Of a DNA stretch of 64,000 nt, positions 1 to 9,196 are shown in pieces; the first letter of the stretch is position 1, and every line of letters starts with the position of its first letter. The DNA lies in NCBI GenBank assembly GCA_001775755.1, contig MEYF01000099.1, positions 5,739 through 69,738 of the forward strand, read 5' to 3'. The notes beneath the pieces are model-generated. The model made no database searches, was not told the DNA's origin, and saw nothing but the letters and a program-made list of their open reading frames with translations. This stretch comes from Candidatus Aminicenantes bacterium RBG_19FT_COMBO_65_30. GTDB lineage: Bacteria > Acidobacteriota > Aminicenantia > Aminicenantales > Saccharicenantaceae. The translations under genes and the position numbers were made by a program.

Positions 1-504
1 GAACTCCCCTTCCTCATGGGACTTCTTGGCCCGGTCGGTGTAGACCTGGTTGAGGGCGAAGTTCGACAGGACCTCGCCGGAGACGCGGGCGTTGAGACCG
101 GCGAAGCTCATGACGCCCTCGTTCGAATTCTCGCGGATCTTCCAGTCGGCGTTGCTGAGGTAGTCCTTGATCAGCCGCTCGAGGTTGAGCCCGATCCTCT
201 TGGCCTCGCGGATGCCCTTGTGCTTCTCGCGGTAGAGGATGTAGGATTTGGCGACCTCGTGGTAGCCCTGCTTCATGAGGACCATCTCGACGATGTCCTG
301 GATCTGCTCGACGGACGGGACGGTGTAGCCGCCGAACTTCTCCTCGATCATGAAGGAGACGATGTCGGAGGCGGTCTTGGCGATCGTCCGGTCCTTGATG
401 CCCTGGGATTGCATCGCCTTGAAGATGGCGTTGGTGATCTTTTCCTGGTTGAAATCCGTGACCGTTCCGTCTCTCTTCTTGATCCTGCCGACCGCGCTGA
501 CCAT
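1..504 (-). CDS. nrdD: Anaerobic ribonucleoside-triphosphate reductase NrdD, N-terminal part (ATP-cone), running off the window start
   Basis: The reverse-strand frame from the ATG at 504-502 translates MVSAVGRIKKRDGTVTDFNQEKITNAIFKA...DWKIRENSNEGVMSFAGLNARV, an ATP-cone followed by the NrdD ENxN motif. A GGAGG RBS sits upstream. It is absent from the ORF track because it is open-ended. Confidence 0.8.
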   Translation of the reverse strand, partial: MVSAVGRIKKRDGTVTDFNQEKITNAIFKAMQSQGIKDRTIAKTASDIVSFMIEEKFGGYTVPSVEQIQDIVEMVLMKQGYHEVAKSYILYREKHKGIREAKRIGLNLERLIKDYLSNADWKIRENSNEGVMSFAGLNARVSGEVLSNFALNQVYTDRAKKSHEEGEF

Positions 505-617
505 GAGGTGCCTCCTTCTTCTTTGCCCGGCTCACAAACCTGGGATTTTCGCGGGCGACGTGCTAAAATCAACCCTTCCTAAAACCATGGCAAAAATAAA
601 AAGCCTTTCGGCTCTAT

Positions 618-665
618 CCCATATATTGTGTAGCTATGGCAAGGAAAATACCAAATATTGTATTT
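618..665. promoter_or_regulatory. Two NrdR-box-like half-palindromic sites (cccATATATTGTGTag and accAAATATTGTATtt), 32 bp centre-to-centre, upstream of nrdD
   Basis: The shared core AATATTGT resembles the right half of the NrdR box consensus. Tandem boxes about 3 helical turns apart are typical of nrd promoters. The location is the nrdD/yjbQ divergent intergenic region. Confidence 0.4.
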
Positions 666-741
666 TCCGAGCAGACTCTACACCCGGAAAATCGGCTTGT
701 CAAGCCCTTTTAAGAGATTCTTTTAACTTGTTGAGGCGGCA

Positions 742-1137
742 ATGAATACCATCGAAATACGGACGCGGATGAAGGAAGAATTCGTCGATGTGACGGCAGA
801 TGTCGGCCGGATCGTGGCGGCCTCGGGGGTCGCGAGCGGGATTTGCGTCGTCGCCGTGCCCCACACGACGGCCGGCGTCACCATCAATGAGAACGCCGAT
901 CCGGACGTCCGGGCGGACCTGCTGACGACCCTGCGGCGGATCGTGCCCGACGCCCTCCCCTACGCCCACGCCGAAGGGAATTCGCCGGCCCATGTCAAGG
1001 CTTCGCTCGTCGGTTCGTCGGCAATCCTCACCGTCGAGGGCGGGCGCCTCCAGCTCGGGACCTGGCAGGGGATCTTCTTCTGCGAATTCGACGGCCCGCG
1101 GACCAGAAAAGTCTGGGTCCAGGTCGTCGGCCGATAA
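742..1137 (+). CDS. YjbQ/UPF0047 family protein (secondary thiamine-phosphate synthase-like)
   Basis: 131 aa containing the family-typical VPHTTAGVTINENADPDV motif. Confidence 0.75.
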   Translation: MNTIEIRTRMKEEFVDVTADVGRIVAASGVASGICVVAVPHTTAGVTINENADPDVRADLLTTLRRIVPDALPYAHAEGNSPAHVKASLVGSSAILTVEGGRLQLGTWQGIFFCEFDGPRTRKVWVQVVGR

Positions 1138-1235
1138 GAGAGGACTAGCACCCGGCACCGGGCGAGCCGATGGTCACCTGTACTCCCCCGTAGCGGAAGG
1201 GGACCGGCAGGGAGCGAATTCCGAGGAGCGACCGA

Positions 1236-1272
1236 CAGAAGTACGGCGGAGCAACTCGGAGCCGTACTTCTG
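1236..1272. terminator. Perfect 12-bp stem hairpin (cagaagtacggc...gccgtacttctg) between the convergent yjbQ-like and HAD genes; no clear U-tract
   Basis: The inverted repeat is seen directly and sits between convergent gene ends. Confidence 0.35.
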
Positions 1273-1384
1273 GTAAATATCGGAAACGAGTTTCCAGTTC
1301 CGTATTCTGAGGATATATCGGTTCCCGGAGGGGCCGGGGGAGAAAGGTGACCCCGGCGGAGCAAAGCCGACGGCGGGGGCCTCC

Positions 1385-1993
1385 TTAGAAACGGAGCCCG
1401 AGCTTGCGGAGCTCCGCTTCGAGGTCGGTCTCCGGCGCGTAATGGACCCCGCGCAGGCCGACGGCCTCGGCGCCTCGCACATTCTCCTCCATGTCGTCGA
1501 TGAAGACGCACGCTTCAGGTGGAGTGCCGGCCATCCGCGCCGCCGTGAGGTAGATGGCCGGGTCGGGCTTGAGCAGCTTGAGCTCGTAGGACAGGACGTA
1601 GCCATCGAAAAACAGGATCTCGGGGAAGCGGCGCCGGACGAAGCCGAAGCGCTCCGGATCGGTGTTCGAAAGGAGCAGCGTCTTGTAGCCGGCCGCCTTG
1701 ACCCGGGCGAGCACATCGACCGCGGGCGCGTTCAGAGAGAAGATATCGTTGTAGATCTCATAGAAGACGCCGTAGGGGATGTCCGCGCCGACGATCTCCA
1801 TGACCCGCTCGTGGAAGCCGGCCGGCGTCACGGCCCCGCCGTCGAAACGGCGGATGAGCTCGAGGTCGCCGTGGACGACCGCCTTGACCTCCGCGAAGGG
1901 CTTCCCGGCCCGCTCGGCCAGCTTACGGAGAAAGATATTGTTGTCGAACCAGAGGACGACGCGGCCCAGGTCGGAAATCACGGTTCGTATCAT
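1385..1993 (-). CDS. HAD-superfamily hydrolase (subfamily IA-like)
   Basis: MIRTVISDLGRVVLWFDN (DxG motif I), ...LLLSNT..., ...VFIDDMEENV. The start is taken at the internal Met at 1993. Confidence 0.7.
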   Translation of the reverse strand: MIRTVISDLGRVVLWFDNNIFLRKLAERAGKPFAEVKAVVHGDLELIRRFDGGAVTPAGFHERVMEIVGADIPYGVFYEIYNDIFSLNAPAVDVLARVKAAGYKTLLLSNTDPERFGFVRRRFPEILFFDGYVLSYELKLLKPDPAIYLTAARMAGTPPEACVFIDDMEENVRGAEAVGLRGVHYAPETDLEAELRKLGLRF

Positions 1994-2080
1994 CGGCGGT
2001 GAAGGCTCCGTTTCATGGTCGAAGCGAGAGGACGTTATAGCAGAAACATGCGGCCGGGGCAAACGACGGGCCGATTTTGA

Positions 2081-2116
2081 TTGACATTTTAATGGGCCTC
2101 CCCCATACTGACGTCA
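2081..2116 (+). promoter_or_regulatory. Sigma70-type promoter TTGACA-17-CATACT followed by the perfect palindrome TGACGTCA
   Basis: TTGACA is at 2081-2086, there is a 17-bp spacer, and CATACT is at 2104-2109. TGACGTCA at 2109-2116 overlaps the -10/+1 region. Confidence 0.5.
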
Positions 2117-2198
2117 TCACATGCGTTTATTCATTCGGCCTCTTGCCGTTCGTTCATCCGGCCGGCGGAGTCAGCTAAATCCATCGAAGGAGGAATGT

Positions 2199-2369
2199 AT
2201 GCCGATCAAGAGAACGACCCATCGCAGCTCGAAGGGGACCAAGCTCTATGCCGTGCGCGATGCCAAGGGGCGCTTCAAGGACATCCAGACCTACAAGCGC
2301 GCTCACGCCGCGGACATGAGGAAGACGAGCAAGACCGAAACGGCGGCCAAGGCCAAGAAAACCGAGTAA
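2199..2369 (+). CDS. Small, very basic hypothetical protein (56 aa; MPIKRTTHRSSKGTKLYAVRDAKGRFKDIQTYKRAHAADMRKTSKTETAAKAKKTE)
   Basis: A GGAGG RBS sits 6 nt upstream and a strong promoter lies upstream. The ATG at 2199 is in frame with the listed 2121 ORF. A hairpin and T-run follow it at about 2397-2456. Confidence 0.5.
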   Translation: MPIKRTTHRSSKGTKLYAVRDAKGRFKDIQTYKRAHAADMRKTSKTETAAKAKKTE

Positions 2370-2487
2370 ACGAACTAGAAACGTTCTCTAACCCGGAGAG
2401 ATCGGCCCTCGATCTCGAGGGAGCTCCGTCCGGATTTATTTTTTCATCGGACAGCCAGCCGCTCTTAAGGTCCCGGGCGAATCGACC

Positions 2488-3822
2488 TCAGGACTTGGCT
2501 TTCTGCGGGATCTCCAGCCTCTGTCCCTCACGCCGGTCGGCCCGCTTGAGGAGAAGAGCGAACATCAGCCCGATGAGGCCCAGGCCGGCGAACATGATCT
2601 GGCTCCCGACGTAAGAGCCCGTTTTGTCGCGCAGCAGCCCGTTCAGGAGCGGGAAGAGCCCCAGCCCGATGTTCTGAATAGCCGTCATCAGCCCGAAGGC
2701 CGTGCCGACCCGTTCCGACCTGACGATGAGCGGCACGGACGGCCACAGGGCCGCCGGGACGAGGACGAAGGCGAAGCCGAGGAGGATCATCGGATAAACC
2801 GGATAGATCTTCGTCAGACCCATGGCCAAATGGCAGGGGATGAGGAGGAGGGACCCGGCGATCATGAACGTCGCCCTTTTTCCCACCCGGTCGATGAGCC
2901 GCCCGGCGAAGGGCGCGAGGAGCATGGAGGCGAAGATGATGATGCTGGTGATGCCGCCGGCCGTGCTGAAGATGTGGAGGAGGTTGTTGAAGACCTGGGC
3001 CAGGAAGCCCCCGGCGGCCGACGCCGTCCTGGCGATCCCCCACTTGGTCACGAAGAAGTCCGTCGACAGGCTCTGGAAGGGGAAGATGGCCGCGTAGAAC
3101 GTGAAGCAAAGCGCGGTGACATACCAGAAGGTCGGCTTGAACTCCTTGATGTCCTTGAAGACGATCTTGTCGCCGGCGCTCTCGTCGCGGAGGTTGAGGG
3201 CCTTCTCGCCGCGCTTGTCCATGACGATGTAGAAGAGGTTGCCGACGAGCGACAGGGCGCAGGCGCCGACCGCGGCCAGCAGGGCGTAGCGGTAGCTGCC
3301 GAAGTAGCTCGAGAAAAGCTCCCCCGTGTTGAAGGCGAAGAGCGATCCCAGGCGGCTCACCGTCAGCTGGACGCCGAAGGCCATGGCCATTTCCTTGTTC
3401 TTGAACCAGCGGGCCAGCATGGCGCTCTGGGCGACGACGAGGGGTTCGGAGCCGGCCCCGAAGACGAACCGCCCGAGGAAGATCATGGGGATGCTTCTGG
3501 CCTGCCAGACGATCGCCGCGCCGGCGAGGACGAGGACCGAGAAGATGATGCTGGCCTTGCGCGTCCCCAGCCGGTCGATGAGCATGCCGCCGAACAGGAC
3601 GACCAGGATGGCGGCGACGCTGTACATCGTGTTCATCGTGCCGACGGTCGCGCGCGCCGCCTTGAGCTCCTCGATGAGCGACGGGGCGATGGCCCCTATG
3701 ATGTCGTAGGCGAAGTAGCTCCCGAACGACAGCGAGGAGATGAAGAGGAGGTTGGTGAATCTATAGATCGGCCTCGTCGGATGGAAGAAGCCGACCGGCG
3801 CGGCGGCCTCGGTGTTCGTCAT
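2488..3822 (-). CDS. MFS transporter (12-TM, MFSD1/lysosomal dipeptide transporter-like)
   Basis: The translation is hydrophobic with an MFS-like repeat pattern (GRLIDRVGKR). The start is taken at Met 3822 with a GGAGG RBS. Confidence 0.8.
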   Translation of the reverse strand: MTNTEAAAPVGFFHPTRPIYRFTNLLFISSLSFGSYFAYDIIGAIAPSLIEELKAARATVGTMNTMYSVAAILVVLFGGMLIDRLGTRKASIIFSVLVLAGAAIVWQARSIPMIFLGRFVFGAGSEPLVVAQSAMLARWFKNKEMAMAFGVQLTVSRLGSLFAFNTGELFSSYFGSYRYALLAAVGACALSLVGNLFYIVMDKRGEKALNLRDESAGDKIVFKDIKEFKPTFWYVTALCFTFYAAIFPFQSLSTDFFVTKWGIARTASAAGGFLAQVFNNLLHIFSTAGGITSIIIFASMLLAPFAGRLIDRVGKRATFMIAGSLLLIPCHLAMGLTKIYPVYPMILLGFAFVLVPAALWPSVPLIVRSERVGTAFGLMTAIQNIGLGLFPLLNGLLRDKTGSYVGSQIMFAGLGLIGLMFALLLKRADRREGQRLEIPQKAKS

Positions 3823-3920
3823 GAGAGGGCCCTCCGATCTCGCTGTAGTCCGGTCATCCGAGGCTTCTATCTTCCGGAATCCGGCGAAAATAATCAAGCG
3901 CCTTTATCCGGTCCCCGCGG

Positions 3921-3932
3921 TGCTGGTATAAT
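3921..3932 (+). promoter_or_regulatory. Extended -10 element TGgTATAAT upstream of pgi
   Basis: tgcTGgTATAATcc lies about 27 nt upstream of the pgi ATG. Confidence 0.4.
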
Positions 3933-3958
3933 CCCCCCTACTGGAAAGGGACCCGCCC

Positions 3959-5662
3959 ATGAACATGCGAAGCCGCGACATCCAGATCGTCAACCCGGAG
4001 CGCCTGGCCCCCGAGCTCGCCCAGGGCCTCCGCGACCTCGAAAAGGACGCGATCGTCCGCCGCATCTGGGACCGGGATTGGACGGTCTGGAAATCCGAGG
4101 ACAAAGAGATCTCCAACCGCCTCGGCTGGCTTGCGTCCCCGCTGACGGCGGAAGAGGAAGTCCCGGATCTGGAGGCTTTCACGGCTTCCGTCCGCGGCGA
4201 CGGGCTGACCAAGGCGGTCGTCCTCGGCATGGGCGGCTCGAGCCTCGCGCCCGAGGTCTTCGCCCGCGCCTTCGGGACGCGCGAAGGCTTTCTCGAGCTC
4301 GAGATCCTCGACACGACCGAGCCCGAAACCGTGACCGCCGCCGCAGCGCGTTTCGACCTCGAAAAAATCCTGTTCATCGTCTCTTCGAAGTCCGGGACGA
4401 CGGCGGAGCTCGTCTCTCTCCTGTCCTTTTTCTACGACCAGGTCCGCCAGGAACTCGGCGGCGAGCGCGCCGGTCGTCATTTCGTCGCCGTCACCGATCC
4501 GGGGACTCCGCTGGAGGCCCTGGCCGGAGATCTCCATTTCCGCCGCGCGTTCCGCGGCCGGCCGGACATCGGCGGACGGTTCTCCGCTCTCTCGGCGTTC
4601 GGCCTCCTGCCGGCGGCCCTCAAGGGCATCGACCTGAGGCGCCTCCTGTCCCCGGCCCGTGCCATGGCCGACAAGTGCCGCCTCGAAATCCCCGCGGACA
4701 ATCCCGGCGCCTTCCTCGGGACGGTCCTGGGAACGGCCGCGGCGAAGGGTCTGGACAAGCTGACTTTCTTCGTCCCGCCGCGGCTCGAGCCGCTGGCGGG
4801 CTGGCTCGAACAGCTCGTTGCCGAGAGCACGGGAAAAGAAGGCCGGGGCATCGTCCCGGTCATCGAGTCCGGCCCCAAGAATATCCGGGATTATGGAAAG
4901 GACCGCGTGTTCGTCGATTTCCCGGCGTCACGCGACGCGGAACCTGACGAAGGCGTCCGTGCCCTCGCCGATACCGGAGCGCCCCTCATCCGGCTGATCC
5001 TGGACGATCCCTATTCCGTGGCCGGCCACATCTTCCTCTGGGAATTCGCCACGGCTGTCGCCGCTCATTTCCTGCACATCAATCCCTTCGACCAGCCGGA
5101 CGTCGAGGCGGCCAAGAGAAAAGCGCGGCAGGTCCTGGCCGGCGCCGCCCGGGCAGGAAGCGCCGCCCCGGAGGACCGCTCACCCGCCGGCGAAGGGCTG
5201 CGGATCGCCGGGTCAGGCCCGCAAGAAGGCCCCGAGGATGCCGTAGCCCGATTCCTGGGCGGCTGCCGCGAGGGGGATTATCTCGCGGTGCTGGCCTTCC
5301 TCCCGAAGAGAGCGGGAATCGAGGAGCTCCTCGCCGGGCTGGCCGACCGCCTCCGGCTCAAGACACGTTTGCCCGTGACCCTCGGCTTCGGCCCCCGCTA
5401 CCTCCACTCGACCGGCCAGCTCCACAAGGGCGACGGGAACAGGGGCCTTTTCCTGATGCTGGTCCCGGCCGTCTTGCCGGAGGTCGAGATTCCCGCCGTC
5501 CCGGGGATCGCCCGGCCCGCCGCGGATTTCGCCGGCCTGTTCACGGCTCAGGCGCGGGGGGACGGGATGGCTTTGGCGGAGAAAGGGCGGCGGGTTCTGA
5601 CGATCGAGTTCGGGAGCCCGATCGAAGCGGGGATGGTGAAGCTCGCGTCCCTCCTGGGGTAA
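3959..5662 (+). CDS. pgi: Glucose-6-phosphate isomerase (the PGI type found in Tal-Pgi proteins; SIS domain)
   Basis: RIWDRDWTVWKSED...RLGWL and LGMGGSSLAPEV (SIS) motifs; 567 aa. Confidence 0.8.
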   Translation: MNMRSRDIQIVNPERLAPELAQGLRDLEKDAIVRRIWDRDWTVWKSEDKEISNRLGWLASPLTAEEEVPDLEAFTASVRGDGLTKAVVLGMGGSSLAPEVFARAFGTREGFLELEILDTTEPETVTAAAARFDLEKILFIVSSKSGTTAELVSLLSFFYDQVRQELGGERAGRHFVAVTDPGTPLEALAGDLHFRRAFRGRPDIGGRFSALSAFGLLPAALKGIDLRRLLSPARAMADKCRLEIPADNPGAFLGTVLGTAAAKGLDKLTFFVPPRLEPLAGWLEQLVAESTGKEGRGIVPVIESGPKNIRDYGKDRVFVDFPASRDAEPDEGVRALADTGAPLIRLILDDPYSVAGHIFLWEFATAVAAHFLHINPFDQPDVEAAKRKARQVLAGAARAGSAAPEDRSPAGEGLRIAGSGPQEGPEDAVARFLGGCREGDYLAVLAFLPKRAGIEELLAGLADRLRLKTRLPVTLGFGPRYLHSTGQLHKGDGNRGLFLMLVPAVLPEVEIPAVPGIARPAADFAGLFTAQARGDGMALAEKGRRVLTIEFGSPIEAGMVKLASLLG

Positions 5663-5867
5663 AAGTCAAAAAAAAGGTTCATCTCCGATTTTCGGGAAAT
5701 CCACCCGGAGGCGGCGATGGATGTCGCCACGAAGCCCCCGTGAGGGAAGGGGGACCCGCCGGAGGCGGGGGAAACCGTTTACGGAGGTTTCCGGGGCGCG
5801 GGGATGCGAGGGGCGATATCCTGAGCGAAGCCGGAGAGATGGATATCCCGGAATCGGGAGAAGAACC

Positions 5868-5897
5868 AAAAAAAAGGACGGCCCCGAAGAGCCGTCC
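5868..5897 (-). terminator. Rho-independent terminator for the lipoprotein gene (ggacggc-loop-gccgtcc followed by T8 on the minus strand)
   Basis: An A8 run at 5868-5875 and a 7-bp GC stem at 5876-5897, seen directly. Confidence 0.5.
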
Positions 5898-5919
5898 CTG
5901 ATTCGTCCCTGCGAAGAAT

Positions 5920-6606
5920 TTAGAAGAGGCCGACGCCCACGACATCGGCGTGGAAGATCTCTTTCGTCCGCGGCCGGATCTTCTTGTCGACGCTGTCCTT
6001 GACGTTGAGGTAAAACCAGAACTTGTCGAAGAGCCTCAGCTTCTGGAGGTAGTAATTCGAATAGGTCGAGATGGAGTCGACGATGATCTTGGCGATTTCC
6101 TTGCCCTTGTCGTCGGAGAGGACGATAGAGTTGACATCGCCCTTCTGAAGCTTCCCGTAGATCTTGACCTGGCCCTTGCCTTCCCATTCCTCGGCCTTGG
6201 CGACGCCGGAGATGGCCAGGGCCGGAACGCCTTCCCGGGCCTTGAACTCAACGAAATCCTCTGACTGGAATTCCTGACTGCGCGTATACACGCTCGAGCC
6301 GGGGCCGGTTTCGACGGTGTCGGCCAGGAAGATCGGAGGATGGTCGACGAGCAGGTCGCCCTTGACCTTGATCGTCTTGCCCATGAGGGTGGCGGCGTCG
6401 AAGCCGGGGAGGACGATGTCGAAACCCGGGGCCGTCGAAAGGTACATGTACCGGCCGAGGGCCGCCCGGACCGTCCCTTCGAAATCGGTGACGGCTTTTT
6501 GGACCTCGGCGGCCTGGCTTTCGGCCGCATTCTTCTGACAGGCCATGGTGCCGGCGAGGAGGGCCAGGCTTAAGATCAAAATCCCTGTTTTCTTGGTGGA
6601 ATTCAT
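5920..6606 (-). CDS. Hypothetical lipoprotein (signal peptide plus lipobox LLAGTMAC)
   Basis: MNSTKKTGILILSLALLAGTMAC... with a GGAGG RBS. I did not recognise a domain. Confidence 0.65.
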   Translation of the reverse strand: MNSTKKTGILILSLALLAGTMACQKNAAESQAAEVQKAVTDFEGTVRAALGRYMYLSTAPGFDIVLPGFDAATLMGKTIKVKGDLLVDHPPIFLADTVETGPGSSVYTRSQEFQSEDFVEFKAREGVPALAISGVAKAEEWEGKGQVKIYGKLQKGDVNSIVLSDDKGKEIAKIIVDSISTYSNYYLQKLRLFDKFWFYLNVKDSVDKKIRPRTKEIFHADVVGVGLF

Positions 6607-6753
6607 TGGACCTACCTCCATGTGTCGAACAAGCGCCCGGAAGTCTCCTTCCCGAACGAGGAGTAGTTTATACCACCGCGGCCTCGAAAAGTAAAGAAAA
6701 AAATCAGGACTCGGGGATCGGCAGGGAGCGGAAGAAAATGAAGCCGGATTCGA

Positions 6754-9045
6754 TCAGCCTTTTCTTTTCACGCTGCCGGACTTGGACGAGGAGCCCGAAG
6801 ATTTGGAAGACGAGGAGCTCGACCTGCCGGAGGACGCCGAGCGGCCCGAAGAGGACGACCCGCTCGATCTCGGCGCGCTATAGGAACGCCCGGAGGATGA
6901 GCTCGTCGATCTCGGCGCGCTGATGCTGCGGCCGGAAGAGCCGCTCGACCGGGAGGGGGCGGAATATGAGCTTCGGGACTGGGAAGAGGACGATGAACGG
7001 GAGGAGCCGGGCCGGGAGTAGGAGGGGGAGCTCGACCGGGCGGAGGAGGACGGGCGCGAGATCGAAGAGGAGGAACGCGAGGCCGAGGACGACGGGGCGC
7101 TCAGCCGCGAGGACGTCCGGGAGACTGACGATCTGGAAGAATAGGTCGGACTTTGGGACCGCGCGGACGACGTTCCGGAAGTCGGGCGTGGCGAGCTCCC
7201 GAGCGATCGTGAAGGCGTCGAGTCCGTCCGGTTCGAGCGTGCCGGGTATTCCGTGGACGGCCGGTCCGATCCGGACCGGATCGTCCGGGCTGTCGTCGAG
7301 GTCCGCTGCCTCACGGCCGTCGATTCGGACCGCGAGCTCGAGGGGTCATTCTTGATGGTCTCGCCTTTCTTGGTGACGGCGCTTCCGGATTCATTCTCGG
7401 TCTTCCGGGTTCTCTGCGGCTCCCGCGCCGTTCCGGACTTGGGAGATCCCGATGCCTGTCCCTGGGACGGGGAGACGCGGGCGGCGTTGCTCCCTGTCTC
7501 GGCCCCGCTCCTGCGGACGGGCGCGGCGACGGCGTTCCGACGGTTTTCGGAAGCGACGCCCTCACTGCGGTTCCCGGAGACCTTCTGGCTCGGATAGGAC
7601 CGGATAGCCCGGCTTCCCGTCTCGGGGTTCTTGACGGCCGGCCGCGAAACGGCGTTCCGGTTCGGGTTGGACAGGGAAACGTCCCGTTCTCTCGTCCGGG
7701 CGCCCGAGTTGACCGTGCCCTGTCTCAGACGCGAAGAGGACAGGGAACGCGACGGCGCCAGCGACTTCACCTCGCTCCGGCTGCCGGGACGGTCAGCCAG
7801 GGCCCGCTTGGCCGCGAGGGCCTGGGGCCGGGCGTTGTCCACGGCCGGACGGATCGAGGGCTGTTCGGCCCTGAGGGCCACCTTATCGATGCGGTTGAGC
7901 TCGCTGCGGCCGATCTGGCGGCGGCCGATGTCGCGGGACTGGAGATGGTCGCGGCGGACGACGGTCATAGCCCGATTGTGAGCCGAGAAATAGCGGTCGT
8001 CGAACCGATCATAGAAGCGGTTGTCGACGAGCAGGCCGGGACGGTTATACCAGGTGAGAGGGCACCAGCCGATGTGGTCGCGGTCCCACCACCAGTGCAC
8101 CCAGGCCGGCCCCCAATGATTCCGGGGGATCCAGTACCAGCCCAGACCGAAGCGCCAGTTCCAGCGGCCGTAGTGGTAGACCGGCCAGCCCCAGGATTCG
8201 GAGGAAACCCAGGTCCAGCCGATAACGGGATACCAGACCCAGCGGCCATAGGAATAGGGCCGCCAATCGTCATAATAGGACACGTTCGGGACCCAGACGT
8301 TGCCGTAGGGCCGTTCGTAGACCCAGTTGCCGTTCTGGTCGAGCTCTTCCTCGTATTCTTCGATCTCGGACGGGAGGTACTGCCGCTCGCTTCTCTGGGA
8401 AAGCTCGGCGTCCCGGGAGCCGTTCCAATCGTCGAAGCCGTCCTCCCGGGAGATAGAGTATTCCGGTTCACCGAGGAGCCGGCCGTCGGCGGCCGTCACG
8501 GTCTCCTTGTCCCTGACGAGGACGGACCCGTCTTCGGCGGCGGCTTCCAGACTGCCCTCACGGACGAAGACCTCGGTTTCCTGGTCGAGTCTGACGTCGA
8601 ACCTGTAGAGCCCTTCCTCGAGGACGTAGAAGGACGCGTCGGGAGTATGGACTTCGATGCCCTTGTCCAGGGCGAGATGGCTCACCCGGAAATAGGCGCT
8701 GCCTTCGGTGAGATGGATCTTGATGCGCTCCTCCCCTTCCTTGGGAAGGACGGCGAATTCGACCTTGGTGTAATCGTTGAGGCGGAGGTAGTTCCGGCGG
8801 CCGAAGTGGATCTCGGCCTGGCCGTTCTCGGTCCCCATCTTGTCTCCCTGGACGAGGGCGAGGTTGACCTCTCCCTTTTCATAGCCCAGGTCCGATGTCC
8901 TCTGGACATAGACCGAGCCGTTGACATAGCTCAGGCGGGCGAAGCTGTAAGGATAGAATCCTTCGTCCTGGGCCATGAGGCCGAGGGGGATGGAAACGAT
9001 GAAAGCGATCGCTAGGAGCGAAGCCTGTCTCATCATCTTGTTCAT
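6754..9045 (-). CDS. Secreted FecR-domain-like protein with a Trp-rich central region (DUF6600-like) and a ~330-aa Ser/Arg-rich low-complexity C-terminal tail
   Basis: Signal peptide MNKMMRQASLLAIAFIVSIPLGLMAQ. FecR-like beta region. W-rich block YYDDWRPYSYGRWVWYPVIGWTWVSSESWGWPVYHYGRWNWRFGLGWYWIPRNHWGPAWVHWWWD. A tail of SRSSSS/RSxSAPRS repeats. GGAGG RBS. Confidence 0.75.
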   Translation of the reverse strand: MNKMMRQASLLAIAFIVSIPLGLMAQDEGFYPYSFARLSYVNGSVYVQRTSDLGYEKGEVNLALVQGDKMGTENGQAEIHFGRRNYLRLNDYTKVEFAVLPKEGEERIKIHLTEGSAYFRVSHLALDKGIEVHTPDASFYVLEEGLYRFDVRLDQETEVFVREGSLEAAAEDGSVLVRDKETVTAADGRLLGEPEYSISREDGFDDWNGSRDAELSQRSERQYLPSEIEEYEEELDQNGNWVYERPYGNVWVPNVSYYDDWRPYSYGRWVWYPVIGWTWVSSESWGWPVYHYGRWNWRFGLGWYWIPRNHWGPAWVHWWWDRDHIGWCPLTWYNRPGLLVDNRFYDRFDDRYFSAHNRAMTVVRRDHLQSRDIGRRQIGRSELNRIDKVALRAEQPSIRPAVDNARPQALAAKRALADRPGSRSEVKSLAPSRSLSSSRLRQGTVNSGARTRERDVSLSNPNRNAVSRPAVKNPETGSRAIRSYPSQKVSGNRSEGVASENRRNAVAAPVRRSGAETGSNAARVSPSQGQASGSPKSGTAREPQRTRKTENESGSAVTKKGETIKNDPSSSRSESTAVRQRTSTTARTIRSGSDRPSTEYPARSNRTDSTPSRSLGSSPRPTSGTSSARSQSPTYSSRSSVSRTSSRLSAPSSSASRSSSSISRPSSSARSSSPSYSRPGSSRSSSSSQSRSSYSAPSRSSGSSGRSISAPRSTSSSSGRSYSAPRSSGSSSSGRSASSGRSSSSSSKSSGSSSKSGSVKRKG
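6757..6960. repeat. Imperfect tandem nucleotide repeats of about 42-45 bp encoding RS(Y/I)SAPRS..SSSGRS units of the Ser/Arg tail
   Basis: Repeated ctcgatctcggcgcgct at 6866-6882 and 6907-6923, plus the repeated SAPRS peptide units. Confidence 0.5.
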
Positions 9046-9150
9046 CGTCTTTCTCCTTCCGACCTCTTATTAAGCAACTATCGTGCCATCCATCTTCCCA
9101 AGGGGAGAAAGAGAATTTCGTCCTATTAAGAGGACAACCCTGCCGGGACG

Positions 9151-9172
9151 AAAAAAAAGGGGGACAGTCCCC
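9151..9172 (-). terminator. Rho-independent terminator: GGGGACAGTCCCC hairpin followed by T8 on the minus strand, downstream of the CpxP-like gene
   Basis: aaaaaaaagggggacagtcccc on the plus strand is a hairpin plus U-tract on the minus strand. Confidence 0.55.
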
Positions 9173-9196
9173 GGACGCGGGACCGTCCCTCTTCGA

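Noticed and set aside
2830-4947. 705-aa plus-strand ORF rich in Asp/Glu/Arg/Gly/Pro overlapping the MFS and pgi genes
   Set aside because: It is low-complexity and antisense or offset to two well-supported genes, which is a typical high-GC artefact. The same applies to 32976-35876 (966 aa), 48962-51904 (980 aa), 44723-46066, 17580-19097 (N-terminal part), 28955-30604, 36721-38481 and similar ORFs.
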